Source of the DNA: Planctomycetota bacterium | Lineage (GTDB): Bacteria; Planctomycetota; UBA8108; SXIK01 | Assembly: GCA_965223265.1 (NCBI GenBank) | Contig: OZ244999.1 | Coordinates: forward strand, 7,040,001 to 7,104,000 | Length of the DNA stretch: 64,000 nt | Direction of reading: 5' to 3' | Shown here: positions 20,443 to 28,113 of the stretch, one piece after another | Position numbering within the stretch: position 1 is the first letter of the stretch | Layout of the letters: each line of letters begins with the position of its first letter | Program-made: the position numbers and the translations under genes | The notes under the pieces: generated by a model | The model's database searches: none | The model's input: the letters and a program-made list of their open reading frames with translations, nothing else | What the model was told of the DNA's origin: nothing

Positions 20443-20532
20443 CCGCAGCGGCACACGGCGTGTGCCTGCTACTATAAAGACGTCGCCGATACGCTCTTCA
20501 AAGTAGCAGGCACACGCCGTGTGCCGCTGCGG
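20443..20532. repeat. REP-like doublet: perfect 31-bp inverted repeat, each arm GTAG plus an internal hairpin
   Basis: CCGCAGCGGCACACGGCGTGTGCCTGCTACT (20443-20473) and its exact reverse complement (20502-20532). Each arm is GTAG-CA-GGCACAC-GCC-GTGTGCC, the architecture of GTAG-family REPs. Confidence 0.8.
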
Positions 20533-20614
20533 AGATTTGCGACGGCAGGTTTCGAAAACTTCACAGCCTCGGAGTTTGCCTACTACATGCAATGCAAGTC
20601 GCTATACTGAAGGC

Positions 20615-21109
20615 ATGGAACTCGACGCCACGCTCTGCTACTGCTTTCACATCAAGAAGCGCAAGATCGTCAACTACATCCGTCAGACGCGCCCACAGCG
20701 CGCGTCGCAAGTCTCGGACTGCTTCGGTGCCGGTACGGGATGCGGCTGGTGTGTACCTTTCCTCAAGAAGCTCCATCAGGAGGTCATGGCAGGAAAGGAG
20801 ATCACCTCAGACGACATCAGCTCCGACGAATATGAGGCGCTGCGCGAGGCGTACCGTGACGAACTGCGCGACGGAACGCGCGAGCGCAACAGTTACGCGA
20901 CAGCAGAGATTCCTGCTGAGCTTACGACCGCAGTCGACACGGACGACGTTTCGACACAAATCACCGCGGCGACGAGCCAGCCCAAGCCGGTGGGCGATCC
21001 GAAGAGCGAGGAAATGGTCGCAGATCCCACCAAAGGAGAGGAATGGGATGTCAGCGATTACTTTTCGCGGCGACGGCCGCCCGAGCCCGAGCCGGACGAG
21101 ATCGAGTAG
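20615..21109 (+). CDS. BFD-like [2Fe-2S]-binding protein with acidic C-terminal tail
   Basis: LCYCFHI...GAGTGCGWC motif from ATG 20615. Confidence 0.85.
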   Translation: MELDATLCYCFHIKKRKIVNYIRQTRPQRASQVSDCFGAGTGCGWCVPFLKKLHQEVMAGKEITSDDISSDEYEALREAYRDELRDGTRERNSYATAEIPAELTTAVDTDDVSTQITAATSQPKPVGDPKSEEMVADPTKGEEWDVSDYFSRRRPPEPEPDEIE

Positions 21110-21136
21110 CTGCTGAATCCGAAGGCGCGGTGGCAC

Positions 21137-23215
21137 TCACGAGCACGGCGGATAGCTCGCACACGTCAGGGCGTCAGGGGTCGGATCTTGCCCACAGCCT
21201 TCAAGCGGCGCGGGCGGGGTGTCACCACGGACGAAAAGCCAACGCAGGAGAAACACCGCGTCGGTGATGTCGAGCTCGCCGGTGTCGTCCGTGTCCGCCG
21301 TCTTGCGACAGCCGACTTCCGCTTCACCGGTGAAGAGAAAGAGAAGGATCGTGATGGCATCGCTGACATCTTGAACTTCGTCCGCGTTGGCATCACCGCG
21401 GATGAAGTTGCCTTTGCAACCATCGATGACGCCGTCACCGTCTGCGTCAAGACTGGGCTCGCCTTCGATATCGAGCGCGTCGGCGATGCCGTTTTCGTTG
21501 CAGTCACAGATGCGGTTCAAACGCGCAAGAGACAGGCGATATGAGCCGGGGTGAAAATCGTTGTCGCGGACGCGGATGCGATAGACTCCGGTCTCGGTGA
21601 GCTCGAAATCGTGGATGTTGCCGTTTCCTGGCAGATCGCTGAGGATTGGATCGGTCGTCGACGACGGCGCGAACACGTCCAGCGTCGCGAAGAAGGCGCT
21701 CCCCTGAAGCCACGCACTGGAGAGCGAAAGGGCGTCGCCCGCGACGCCTTGGAACGAATAGAGGTCATGCTCGCCGGCAAGGAGATCCGACGCGACCGAC
21801 TCGCCACATACGAGCTCCTGCGCGCAGAGCGCTTCCTCCGGTGACGTGCGGTGCAGTTCGAGGCGATACGAACCGCCGTGAAAGTCGTTGTCTCGCACAC
21901 GGAGCCGGTAGACGCCGTCCTCGGGAAGCGCAAGGTCGTGGATGTTCTCGTTGCCTGGCAAGTCCGCGAACAAAGGGGTGACCGTTGATGATGGGCCGAA
22001 CACGTCAAGACGTGTGAAGAACGCACTCCCCTGAAGCCACGAGCTCGACAGCGATAGAACATCCCCCGCCGCGCCCACAAACGAGTAAAAATCGTGTTCA
22101 CCAGCCAACAGCGAACCCGAGATCGACTCGCCGCACGTCAAACTCATGCCGCAAAAGTCGTCCTCAGGCACCGTGCGATGAAGTTCCAGTCGATACGAGC
22201 CGCCATGAAAGTCGTTGTCGCGCACGCGCAGCCGGTAGACGCCGTCTTCGGGAAGCGCGAGGTCGTGGATGTTCTCGTTGCCTGGCAGGTCCACGAACAG
22301 CGGCGTCTCTCCAGACGACGGGCCGAACACGTCCAGGCGCGCGAAAAACGCACTCCCTTGAAGCCACGAGCTCGACAGCGATAGAACATCCCCCGCCGCG
22401 CCCACGAACGAGTAAAAATCGTGCTCACCAGCCAACAGCGAACCCGAGATCGACTCGCCACACGTCAAGCTCACGCCGCAAAAGTCGTCCTCAGGCACCG
22501 TGCGATGAAGCTCCAGACGATACGCACCACCGTGAAAGTCATTATCACGCACGCGCAGCCGGTACACGCCATCTTCGGGAAGCACGAGGTCGTGGATGTT
22601 CTCGTTGCCTGGCAGGTCCTCGAGCAGCGGCGTCTCCCCCGACGACGGGCCGAACACGTCCAAACGCGCCAAAAACGCACTCCCCTGAAGCCACGAGCTC
22701 GACAGCGACAACACATCGCCTGCGACACCTTCAAAGGTGTAGACGTCGTGCTCGCCGGCGAGGAGGTCCGACCGCACGGACGCACCGCACGCTAGCGACT
22801 CGCCGCAGAACCGCCCCACCGTGAGCCACTCGAGTTCAACGCGATAACTCCCGCCATTGGCGTTGTCACTGTCCCGCACCCGCAAGCGGTGCGTGCCGCT
22901 TTCGGTGATGGTGATCTGATGGACGTTGCCGCTCCCCGGCAGATCCTCTAGGGCAGGATCTACACCCGAGGACGGAGCGAAAAGATCGATACGAACGACA
23001 AAGGCGCTACCACTCAACCATGAGCTGGAGAGTGAAATGACGTCACCGGCGCTGGCTTCGAAGGTGTGGAGGTCAGGCGCTCCAGGCTCGATCGCTTCGC
23101 TGTGCGACGTTCCGCAGCTGAGTTCGACCGCGCTCGCGTCGGCGCCGGCGATCAACGTGAAAAGAGCGATCACGGCGAATCGCGGCGTCCGCGGTGTGAA
23201 ATCTGCTGCGCTCAT
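21137..23215 (-). CDS. Secreted protein with five ~109-aa PPC-like beta-sandwich repeats and C-terminal dockerin-like domain
   Basis: GGAGGTG precedes ATG 23215; signal peptide; repeats xCGxS...GEHDxYxFxGxAGDVLSL...LPEDGVYRLRVRD...YRLEL; CDCNENGIAD...DADGDGVIDGC Ca-binding-like linker; FIRGDANAD...DVSDAI...CGQDPTPDALTC. Confidence 0.83.
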   Translation of the reverse strand: MSAADFTPRTPRFAVIALFTLIAGADASAVELSCGTSHSEAIEPGAPDLHTFEASAGDVISLSSSWLSGSAFVVRIDLFAPSSGVDPALEDLPGSGNVHQITITESGTHRLRVRDSDNANGGSYRVELEWLTVGRFCGESLACGASVRSDLLAGEHDVYTFEGVAGDVLSLSSSWLQGSAFLARLDVFGPSSGETPLLEDLPGNENIHDLVLPEDGVYRLRVRDNDFHGGAYRLELHRTVPEDDFCGVSLTCGESISGSLLAGEHDFYSFVGAAGDVLSLSSSWLQGSAFFARLDVFGPSSGETPLFVDLPGNENIHDLALPEDGVYRLRVRDNDFHGGSYRLELHRTVPEDDFCGMSLTCGESISGSLLAGEHDFYSFVGAAGDVLSLSSSWLQGSAFFTRLDVFGPSSTVTPLFADLPGNENIHDLALPEDGVYRLRVRDNDFHGGSYRLELHRTSPEEALCAQELVCGESVASDLLAGEHDLYSFQGVAGDALSLSSAWLQGSAFFATLDVFAPSSTTDPILSDLPGNGNIHDFELTETGVYRIRVRDNDFHPGSYRLSLARLNRICDCNENGIADALDIEGEPSLDADGDGVIDGCKGNFIRGDANADEVQDVSDAITILLFLFTGEAEVGCRKTADTDDTGELDITDAVFLLRWLFVRGDTPPAPLEGCGQDPTPDALTCASYPPCS
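21540..22800. repeat. 327-bp intragenic tandem repeats (four high-identity units)
   Basis: Homologous positions are offset by 327 bp (for example 22094 and 22421); the central units are nearly identical. Confidence 0.85.
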
Positions 23216-23327
23216 GTCAACACCTCCAAATCTCTTGAGGACTCCGTCTTCTCCCCGGCCCAAGCGGCGGGAATCACTGGGGATTTCCTCGGCCCTCACA
23301 GGCCCATCATCCCCGCTCGATGTTGCT

Positions 23328-23355
23328 GAACGCAAGAAGCGCCGGGCGTGTGACG
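23328..23355 (-). promoter_or_regulatory. ECF-type promoter candidate CGTCACA-N16-CGTTC for the PPC-repeat dockerin gene
   Basis: Minus strand reads CGTCACA CGCCCGGCGCTTCTTG CGTTC; a matching twin lies on the plus strand at 23500. Confidence 0.6.
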
Positions 23356-23499
23356 CAATTTCTCGAATTCACCCCCAAATCGTGCACAAAGTTGGAAAGA
23401 GGATCGTGTTTTTCCCGCGACCGCCGCGATCTGGCGGTCATCGTTTACCTGATATTTGGGGTCAAAGTTCGGTGTCTGTTTTCGGTTCGGCACTTTTCA

Positions 23500-23527
23500 T
23501 GTCACAACGCCCTCGTCGGCTGCGTTC
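23500..23527 (+). promoter_or_regulatory. ECF-type promoter candidate TGTCACA-N16-CGTTC for the cohesin/dockerin-like gene
   Basis: TGTCACA ACGCCCTCGTCGGCTG CGTTC; same spacing and TG-CGTTC element as the divergent twin. Confidence 0.6.
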
Positions 23528-23652
23528 TTTACGGCGGCAAAGACTTTCTCGGTCACAACGAGTCGACTCAATCTTGCTGAGACGCTGCCGAACCCCGACG
23601 ATGGACCGAGGAGATCTTCCATCACTTGCACGCAGCGAGGACCACGGACGAC

Positions 23653-26600
23653 ATGAGGTCGCGGACGAACGTTTCGATTCGGTGCGGATTAGCGCTAGGG
23701 CTCGCGCTGTTTGCGAGCTCTGAGAGCGCGTGGTGCGCCCGCGCGTTCGAGTTCTCGTTCGCTGCCCCCGAGAGGGTCGTGGATGCTGCTGGCACCCTCG
23801 TGACGATCAACGCCACGGTTCTCATCGCGGCGGCAGGAGTCGAGTCGGAGGCGGAGTCGATCGAAGCGTGGTCGATGGGGATCCGGATCACGGGCTGCAG
23901 TGTCAGCGGAATCGAGACGAGTGCGACGTTCAGCGACGCAGGGACCGTCGATTTCGTCTCCGCTCGTCGTCGCGCGGGCGACATCGCGCTCGCCGTGGTG
24001 CTCGATGTCGCTGGCGATGGCGCCGCGCCGACACTGCCAGTAGGCACGGGTCCTTATCCCGTCCTTGGCGTGACCCTGGAGGCTGAGGTCCCGACCACGA
24101 CCGACTGCAATTCGTGCCGCCTTGAGTTCGCGGGGGACGTCCGCATCGACGGCCAGGCGATCAAGAACGTCGTCACCGCGAGCGGGCAGAGCTTCGCGCC
24201 GCTGCTGTCCACAAAAACGATCCGTCTCGAGGCGCCCCCTGAACCCGCACAACCACCGATCGAGCTGACCGCATCGGAGACCGAGTTGACGTCGACTCTC
24301 GACGCCTGTCGCCGCGATCTGCGCTCTCGCTTCACGCTGCCGCCGCCGACTGCTGGTGAGTTGCCCCCTCCTGTGCTGCTTCGACTCGCGTCAGGCGATC
24401 CTTTCAGCTCGGTCGCGCTGTATGCGCGGTGGGACGAGGAAGCGACACCGATCGAGTTCGACGCCGCGCGCGACGAGCGGGGGCAGTCACAAACCCAGCT
24501 GGTGATTCCGCTCACTCGGCTTGGCACGCTCCACGTGCTCGTTCAGCGGACCGATCCGGGCGGCTCTGCGGCCGAAGTGACACTCACGGCGCGCACGGCC
24601 GCGCTTCTTCTCGAGAGCATAACACCAGCGCTCGTCGCCGAGGAGTCGACCGTGACAGCGACGCTTCGCGGCGGCGGCTTCGACGCTGGGTTCTCGAATT
24701 TTGCGCTGCTCCATCCCGATGGGGCCACGCTGACACCAACGCGCGTGCGCATCGTCTCTGCCGATCGTGCTGAAGCAACGTTCGATCTGAACGGCGCCCC
24801 GCGTGGCGACTACACGGTGAAGGTGAGCGATCCATCTGGCGAGATCGTTGACACCCTCGAAGAGCGGCTCCGCGTCGGCGCGCGCTCGGAACTCTTTGGA
24901 CTCGAACTCGAGCTTTTCGGACAGAGTCGCTACGAAATCGCCACCGACGAAGGTGAGCTTCTTCAACATCGCTTGACCCTTGCATACCGCAACGTCTCGA
25001 ATGCACCGATGAACGCGCCGCTCTTTCGAGTCAGGGCGCCGTTCGGGACGCGCCTTCGACTCGAAAGCGAGACGCCCTTTCAAGACGAAGAGCTACTCAT
25101 CCTCGGTATTGACCCAAACGGTGCAGCAGGCGAGCTCGCGCCAGGCGCAGGCAGAGAGGTCGCGCTCGTCTTCGTGAGCGAACGCGTTGGCGATGCATCG
25201 CGCTTCGACGTCGAACTCTTCACGCCCACGGCCGGAGACTTCGTCGGTTGGCAGGCACTCGCGGCGCCGCTCGGTGTCGAGACCGCGACTTGGCTTGGGC
25301 TCGTGCCTCGTCTGTCGGAATTTTTCGGACCGACCTGGGAATCGTTTCACCAGCGCTTAGGGGAGCTGGCGACGCGACTGACGCCGCGCGGTCTGGACAG
25401 TGCATCGGTACTAGCCCTGCTGCAGTTCGCTGTGGACGAAGCAGCTGGCGAACCGAGCGCTGCCATCGTCGGGCAAGTGATCGACACGAGTGGCGCTCCC
25501 GTCGGCAACACCGCGATTGGGGCGTTCGATGGAGCCCAGTTGACCGCGCGCTCAACGACCGATGGCGCCGGCACCTTCGCCCTCGAGTGCCTCTCCCCAG
25601 CGACCACGTACGATGTTCGAGTCGACGGCTTCACCCCGGCGACGACGGTCTTCGTGCCGGTCGATCGCGATGCGTTCGCCCAGCTCCTCACCGTCGGCCC
25701 CGGGGGAGACAGCATCGCCAGCAGCGGCGCCAACTGCGGCGTGGCGAACGGGGAATTGGGACTTAGCCCTCGAGAGCCGATCGTCCCGCCCTCACGTCTC
25801 TTCACGCCGCTCTTCACGTTCCACACCGACCTCGTCGGCGCGATCGACCCGAACGAGAAGGACGGTCCGTCCGGTGAAGGCGAACTGGGTTGCGTCGACC
25901 TACCGCCGCCACCTGGCACCGAAGGGTTTCGCCGAGGCGGCTGCGTCGGACCAGACTCCAGGCTCTTCTTCACCATTCACTTCGAGAACGTCGGCAACGC
26001 GCCTGCACGTCGCGTCACGATCGTCGACACCTTGGATGAAACCATCGACCTCTCGACCGTGCGATTGCTCGACTTCAGCTTGGCGAACAAGCCGCCGCCG
26101 GTGTCACTCGACATGCAGGCGATTGATCGCTTCAGTGGCTACCTGAGCTCACCGTCAAGCGAACGCTTCAGCCTCACGACGACGAACCAGTACGAGCACG
26201 AGTGGCCGTTCGATTCGGGAACCATCCGCCGGCCCACAGTACAGACCGATGCGACGATTGACCTCGAAACGCGCTCCATCGTCTGGGAGTTTCGCACGCT
26301 TTCGGAGGATGGGGAGCCACTCTCCGTCGACGATGGGTTTCTCCTACCGGGTGGGCAAGGATCGGTCTCGTTCGTCGCGCGCGCCGACGCCGTCGAGGGC
26401 GACGATGTCCTCAACCGCGCCGTGATCATCTTCGACGGCCTCGTCGGCCAGGCGATTGCCACCAACGGCACAGCCAATCGCTTTAGCGAGTTTCTCCCGG
26501 CGGCGCCGCCGCAAAACCCCATCCCGGCAGACGGCGCCACGGTCAGCACGTCCACGCCACTTCTTTGGCAAGCGTCACAGCACGCGTTCTTCTACGACGT

Positions 26601-27351
26601 CTTCCTGTGGGTCGAGGGGACACCACCTGCCGCGATGCCGCTCGGATTCGACTTGCCCTCGCCGAGCTTTCGACCGGACGCGCTCCTCGCCGAAACCAAC
26701 TACATCTGGCGCGTCGATGCCATCAACCTCCGCGGCGACCGTACACCGGGGCCAGAGTGGCGTTTCCGCACTGAGTCCGCTCCTCCTTGCCCCGGAGCAC
26801 CTGCAGGGCTGACAGTCGCCCTGAACGAACGCTGCGAAGCTCCGCTTCTGAGCTGGGAGGAATCACCGAACGCGCGTGCGTATACTGTCGCGGTTCGCCA
26901 AGCGGACGAGCTCGTCGCTCTCGTTCAAGGAGTGACGGAGAACTCTTACCGCCTCGCGTCACTGCCTCCGGGAGATTACTCCTGGTCAGTGATCGCACTC
27001 GGTGAGAGTTGCCCATTCGGCAGCGAAGTCAGCGAGAGCGCGCCCCTGGCCGTGTCGGTGTGCGGTTTTCGCCGCGGCGACGTCAACGCGGACGGTGGCA
27101 AAGACATCAGTGACGCCATCGCGCTGCTCAATCACCTCTTCGTCGCCGGCTTCGACGCGCCGCCCTGCTCTAAAGCGGCTGACGTCAACGACGACGGTTC
27201 TGTCGACATCTCCGACGCCATTGCATGCCTCAATCATCTCTTCGTCGCCGATTCGCCAGCGCCATCGTTTCCGAGTGGAAACTGCGGTAGCGACCCAACG
27301 CCGGACGCACTTCTGTGTGAACGGTTCGATCCTTGCGGCCACGTGCCATGA
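23653..27351 (+). CDS. Large secreted multidomain protein: cohesin-like beta-sandwich, Ig/IPT-like, carboxypeptidase-regulatory-like, DPNEK/DUF11-like, FN3-like domains and C-terminal dockerin-like domain
   Basis: Signal peptide; EAWSMGI...GQAIKNVVTASGQSFAP N-domain; LESITP...TLRGGGF; IVGQVIDTSGAPV...TTDGAGTF; IDPNEKDGP...FTIHFENVGNAPARRVTIVDTLD; YIWRVDAIN and YSWSVIA; FRRGDVNADGGKDISDAI...CGSDPTPDALLC. Confidence 0.8.
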   Translation: MRSRTNVSIRCGLALGLALFASSESAWCARAFEFSFAAPERVVDAAGTLVTINATVLIAAAGVESEAESIEAWSMGIRITGCSVSGIETSATFSDAGTVDFVSARRRAGDIALAVVLDVAGDGAAPTLPVGTGPYPVLGVTLEAEVPTTTDCNSCRLEFAGDVRIDGQAIKNVVTASGQSFAPLLSTKTIRLEAPPEPAQPPIELTASETELTSTLDACRRDLRSRFTLPPPTAGELPPPVLLRLASGDPFSSVALYARWDEEATPIEFDAARDERGQSQTQLVIPLTRLGTLHVLVQRTDPGGSAAEVTLTARTAALLLESITPALVAEESTVTATLRGGGFDAGFSNFALLHPDGATLTPTRVRIVSADRAEATFDLNGAPRGDYTVKVSDPSGEIVDTLEERLRVGARSELFGLELELFGQSRYEIATDEGELLQHRLTLAYRNVSNAPMNAPLFRVRAPFGTRLRLESETPFQDEELLILGIDPNGAAGELAPGAGREVALVFVSERVGDASRFDVELFTPTAGDFVGWQALAAPLGVETATWLGLVPRLSEFFGPTWESFHQRLGELATRLTPRGLDSASVLALLQFAVDEAAGEPSAAIVGQVIDTSGAPVGNTAIGAFDGAQLTARSTTDGAGTFALECLSPATTYDVRVDGFTPATTVFVPVDRDAFAQLLTVGPGGDSIASSGANCGVANGELGLSPREPIVPPSRLFTPLFTFHTDLVGAIDPNEKDGPSGEGELGCVDLPPPPGTEGFRRGGCVGPDSRLFFTIHFENVGNAPARRVTIVDTLDETIDLSTVRLLDFSLANKPPPVSLDMQAIDRFSGYLSSPSSERFSLTTTNQYEHEWPFDSGTIRRPTVQTDATIDLETRSIVWEFRTLSEDGEPLSVDDGFLLPGGQGSVSFVARADAVEGDDVLNRAVIIFDGLVGQAIATNGTANRFSEFLPAAPPQNPIPADGATVSTSTPLLWQASQHAFFYDVFLWVEGTPPAAMPLGFDLPSPSFRPDALLAETNYIWRVDAINLRGDRTPGPEWRFRTESAPPCPGAPAGLTVALNERCEAPLLSWEESPNARAYTVAVRQADELVALVQGVTENSYRLASLPPGDYSWSVIALGESCPFGSEVSESAPLAVSVCGFRRGDVNADGGKDISDAIALLNHLFVAGFDAPPCSKAADVNDDGSVDISDAIACLNHLFVADSPAPSFPSGNCGSDPTPDALLCERFDPCGHVP

Positions 27352-27448
27352 AGCACAAAGTAGAAGACACACTCCTGTGTGCGTTAGCCTCGAGTTTGGC
27401 TGAGGAAGAGCGGGCGACGCCACCACTTGCGTCGAGAAAGAACGTTTT

Positions 27449-28063
27449 TTGAACGCACAAAACAGCGAACAGGGAACCACGACCGCGCAGCTCGTCGCCG
27501 CGGCACAGAAAGGAAGCAAGAGCGCAATCGACGGCCTCTTTCGCCGCCACGCGCCGACGGTTCGGCGCATCGTCGCGCTGCGCATGGGTCAGCCCGTGCA
27601 CAGCATGAGCGGGTTCGACGACATCGCCCAAGAGGCGATGCTCAAGGTGTTTCAGAGTCTCGACGGCTTTGAGTATCGCTCCGAGGGCAGCTTTCGCAAC
27701 TTTCTCGCCACCTGCGTCAGAAGTGCGATCGCCGACTACCATCGAGTCGCCAATGCCCACAAACGTGGTGGCGGCCGAGTGCGAGTCTTCGCAGAATGCG
27801 GCACCGAGTCACTCTCAGCGTCACTGTTTCGCGGTCACGATCCGTCGCCGAGCGAAGTCGTTCGTGCCAAGGAGTTCGAGGCGCGTCTCGAAGAGGCCCT
27901 GCTTGAGCTCGACGAACACCATCGCGAGGTCATCATCCTACGCAAGATTCTCCAGCTGGATTACGCGGACGTGGCGCGAGAGCTCGGGTTCGAGAAGGAA
28001 GCGACCGCACGCCAGGTCTGCAAGCGCGCACTGGCGAAGCTGCGGAGTAAGCTCGGTTTGTGA
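27449..28063 (+). CDS. ECF sigma-70 factor (planctomycete kinase-associated type)
   Basis: Region 2 DDIAQEAMLKVFQSLDGF...SFRNFL; AHKRGGG and DPSPSE linker; region 4 LDEHHREVIILR...YADVARELG. TTG start. Confidence 0.88.
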   Translation: MNAQNSEQGTTTAQLVAAAQKGSKSAIDGLFRRHAPTVRRIVALRMGQPVHSMSGFDDIAQEAMLKVFQSLDGFEYRSEGSFRNFLATCVRSAIADYHRVANAHKRGGGRVRVFAECGTESLSASLFRGHDPSPSEVVRAKEFEARLEEALLELDEHHREVIILRKILQLDYADVARELGFEKEATARQVCKRALAKLRSKLGL

Positions 28064-28113
28064 CGCGTATACCTATGGGTAGGTGACGACCAGGCGGATC
28101 CCAGGGAGCCCTT

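Noticed and set aside
23551-23580. Third ECF promoter (GGTCACA)
   Set aside because: There is no CGTT/CGTC element at the 16-nt spacing.
21137-27351. Classical cellulosome
   Set aside because: No glycoside hydrolase or tandem multi-cohesin scaffoldin is recognisable. It is reported instead as a non-cellulosomal candidate.
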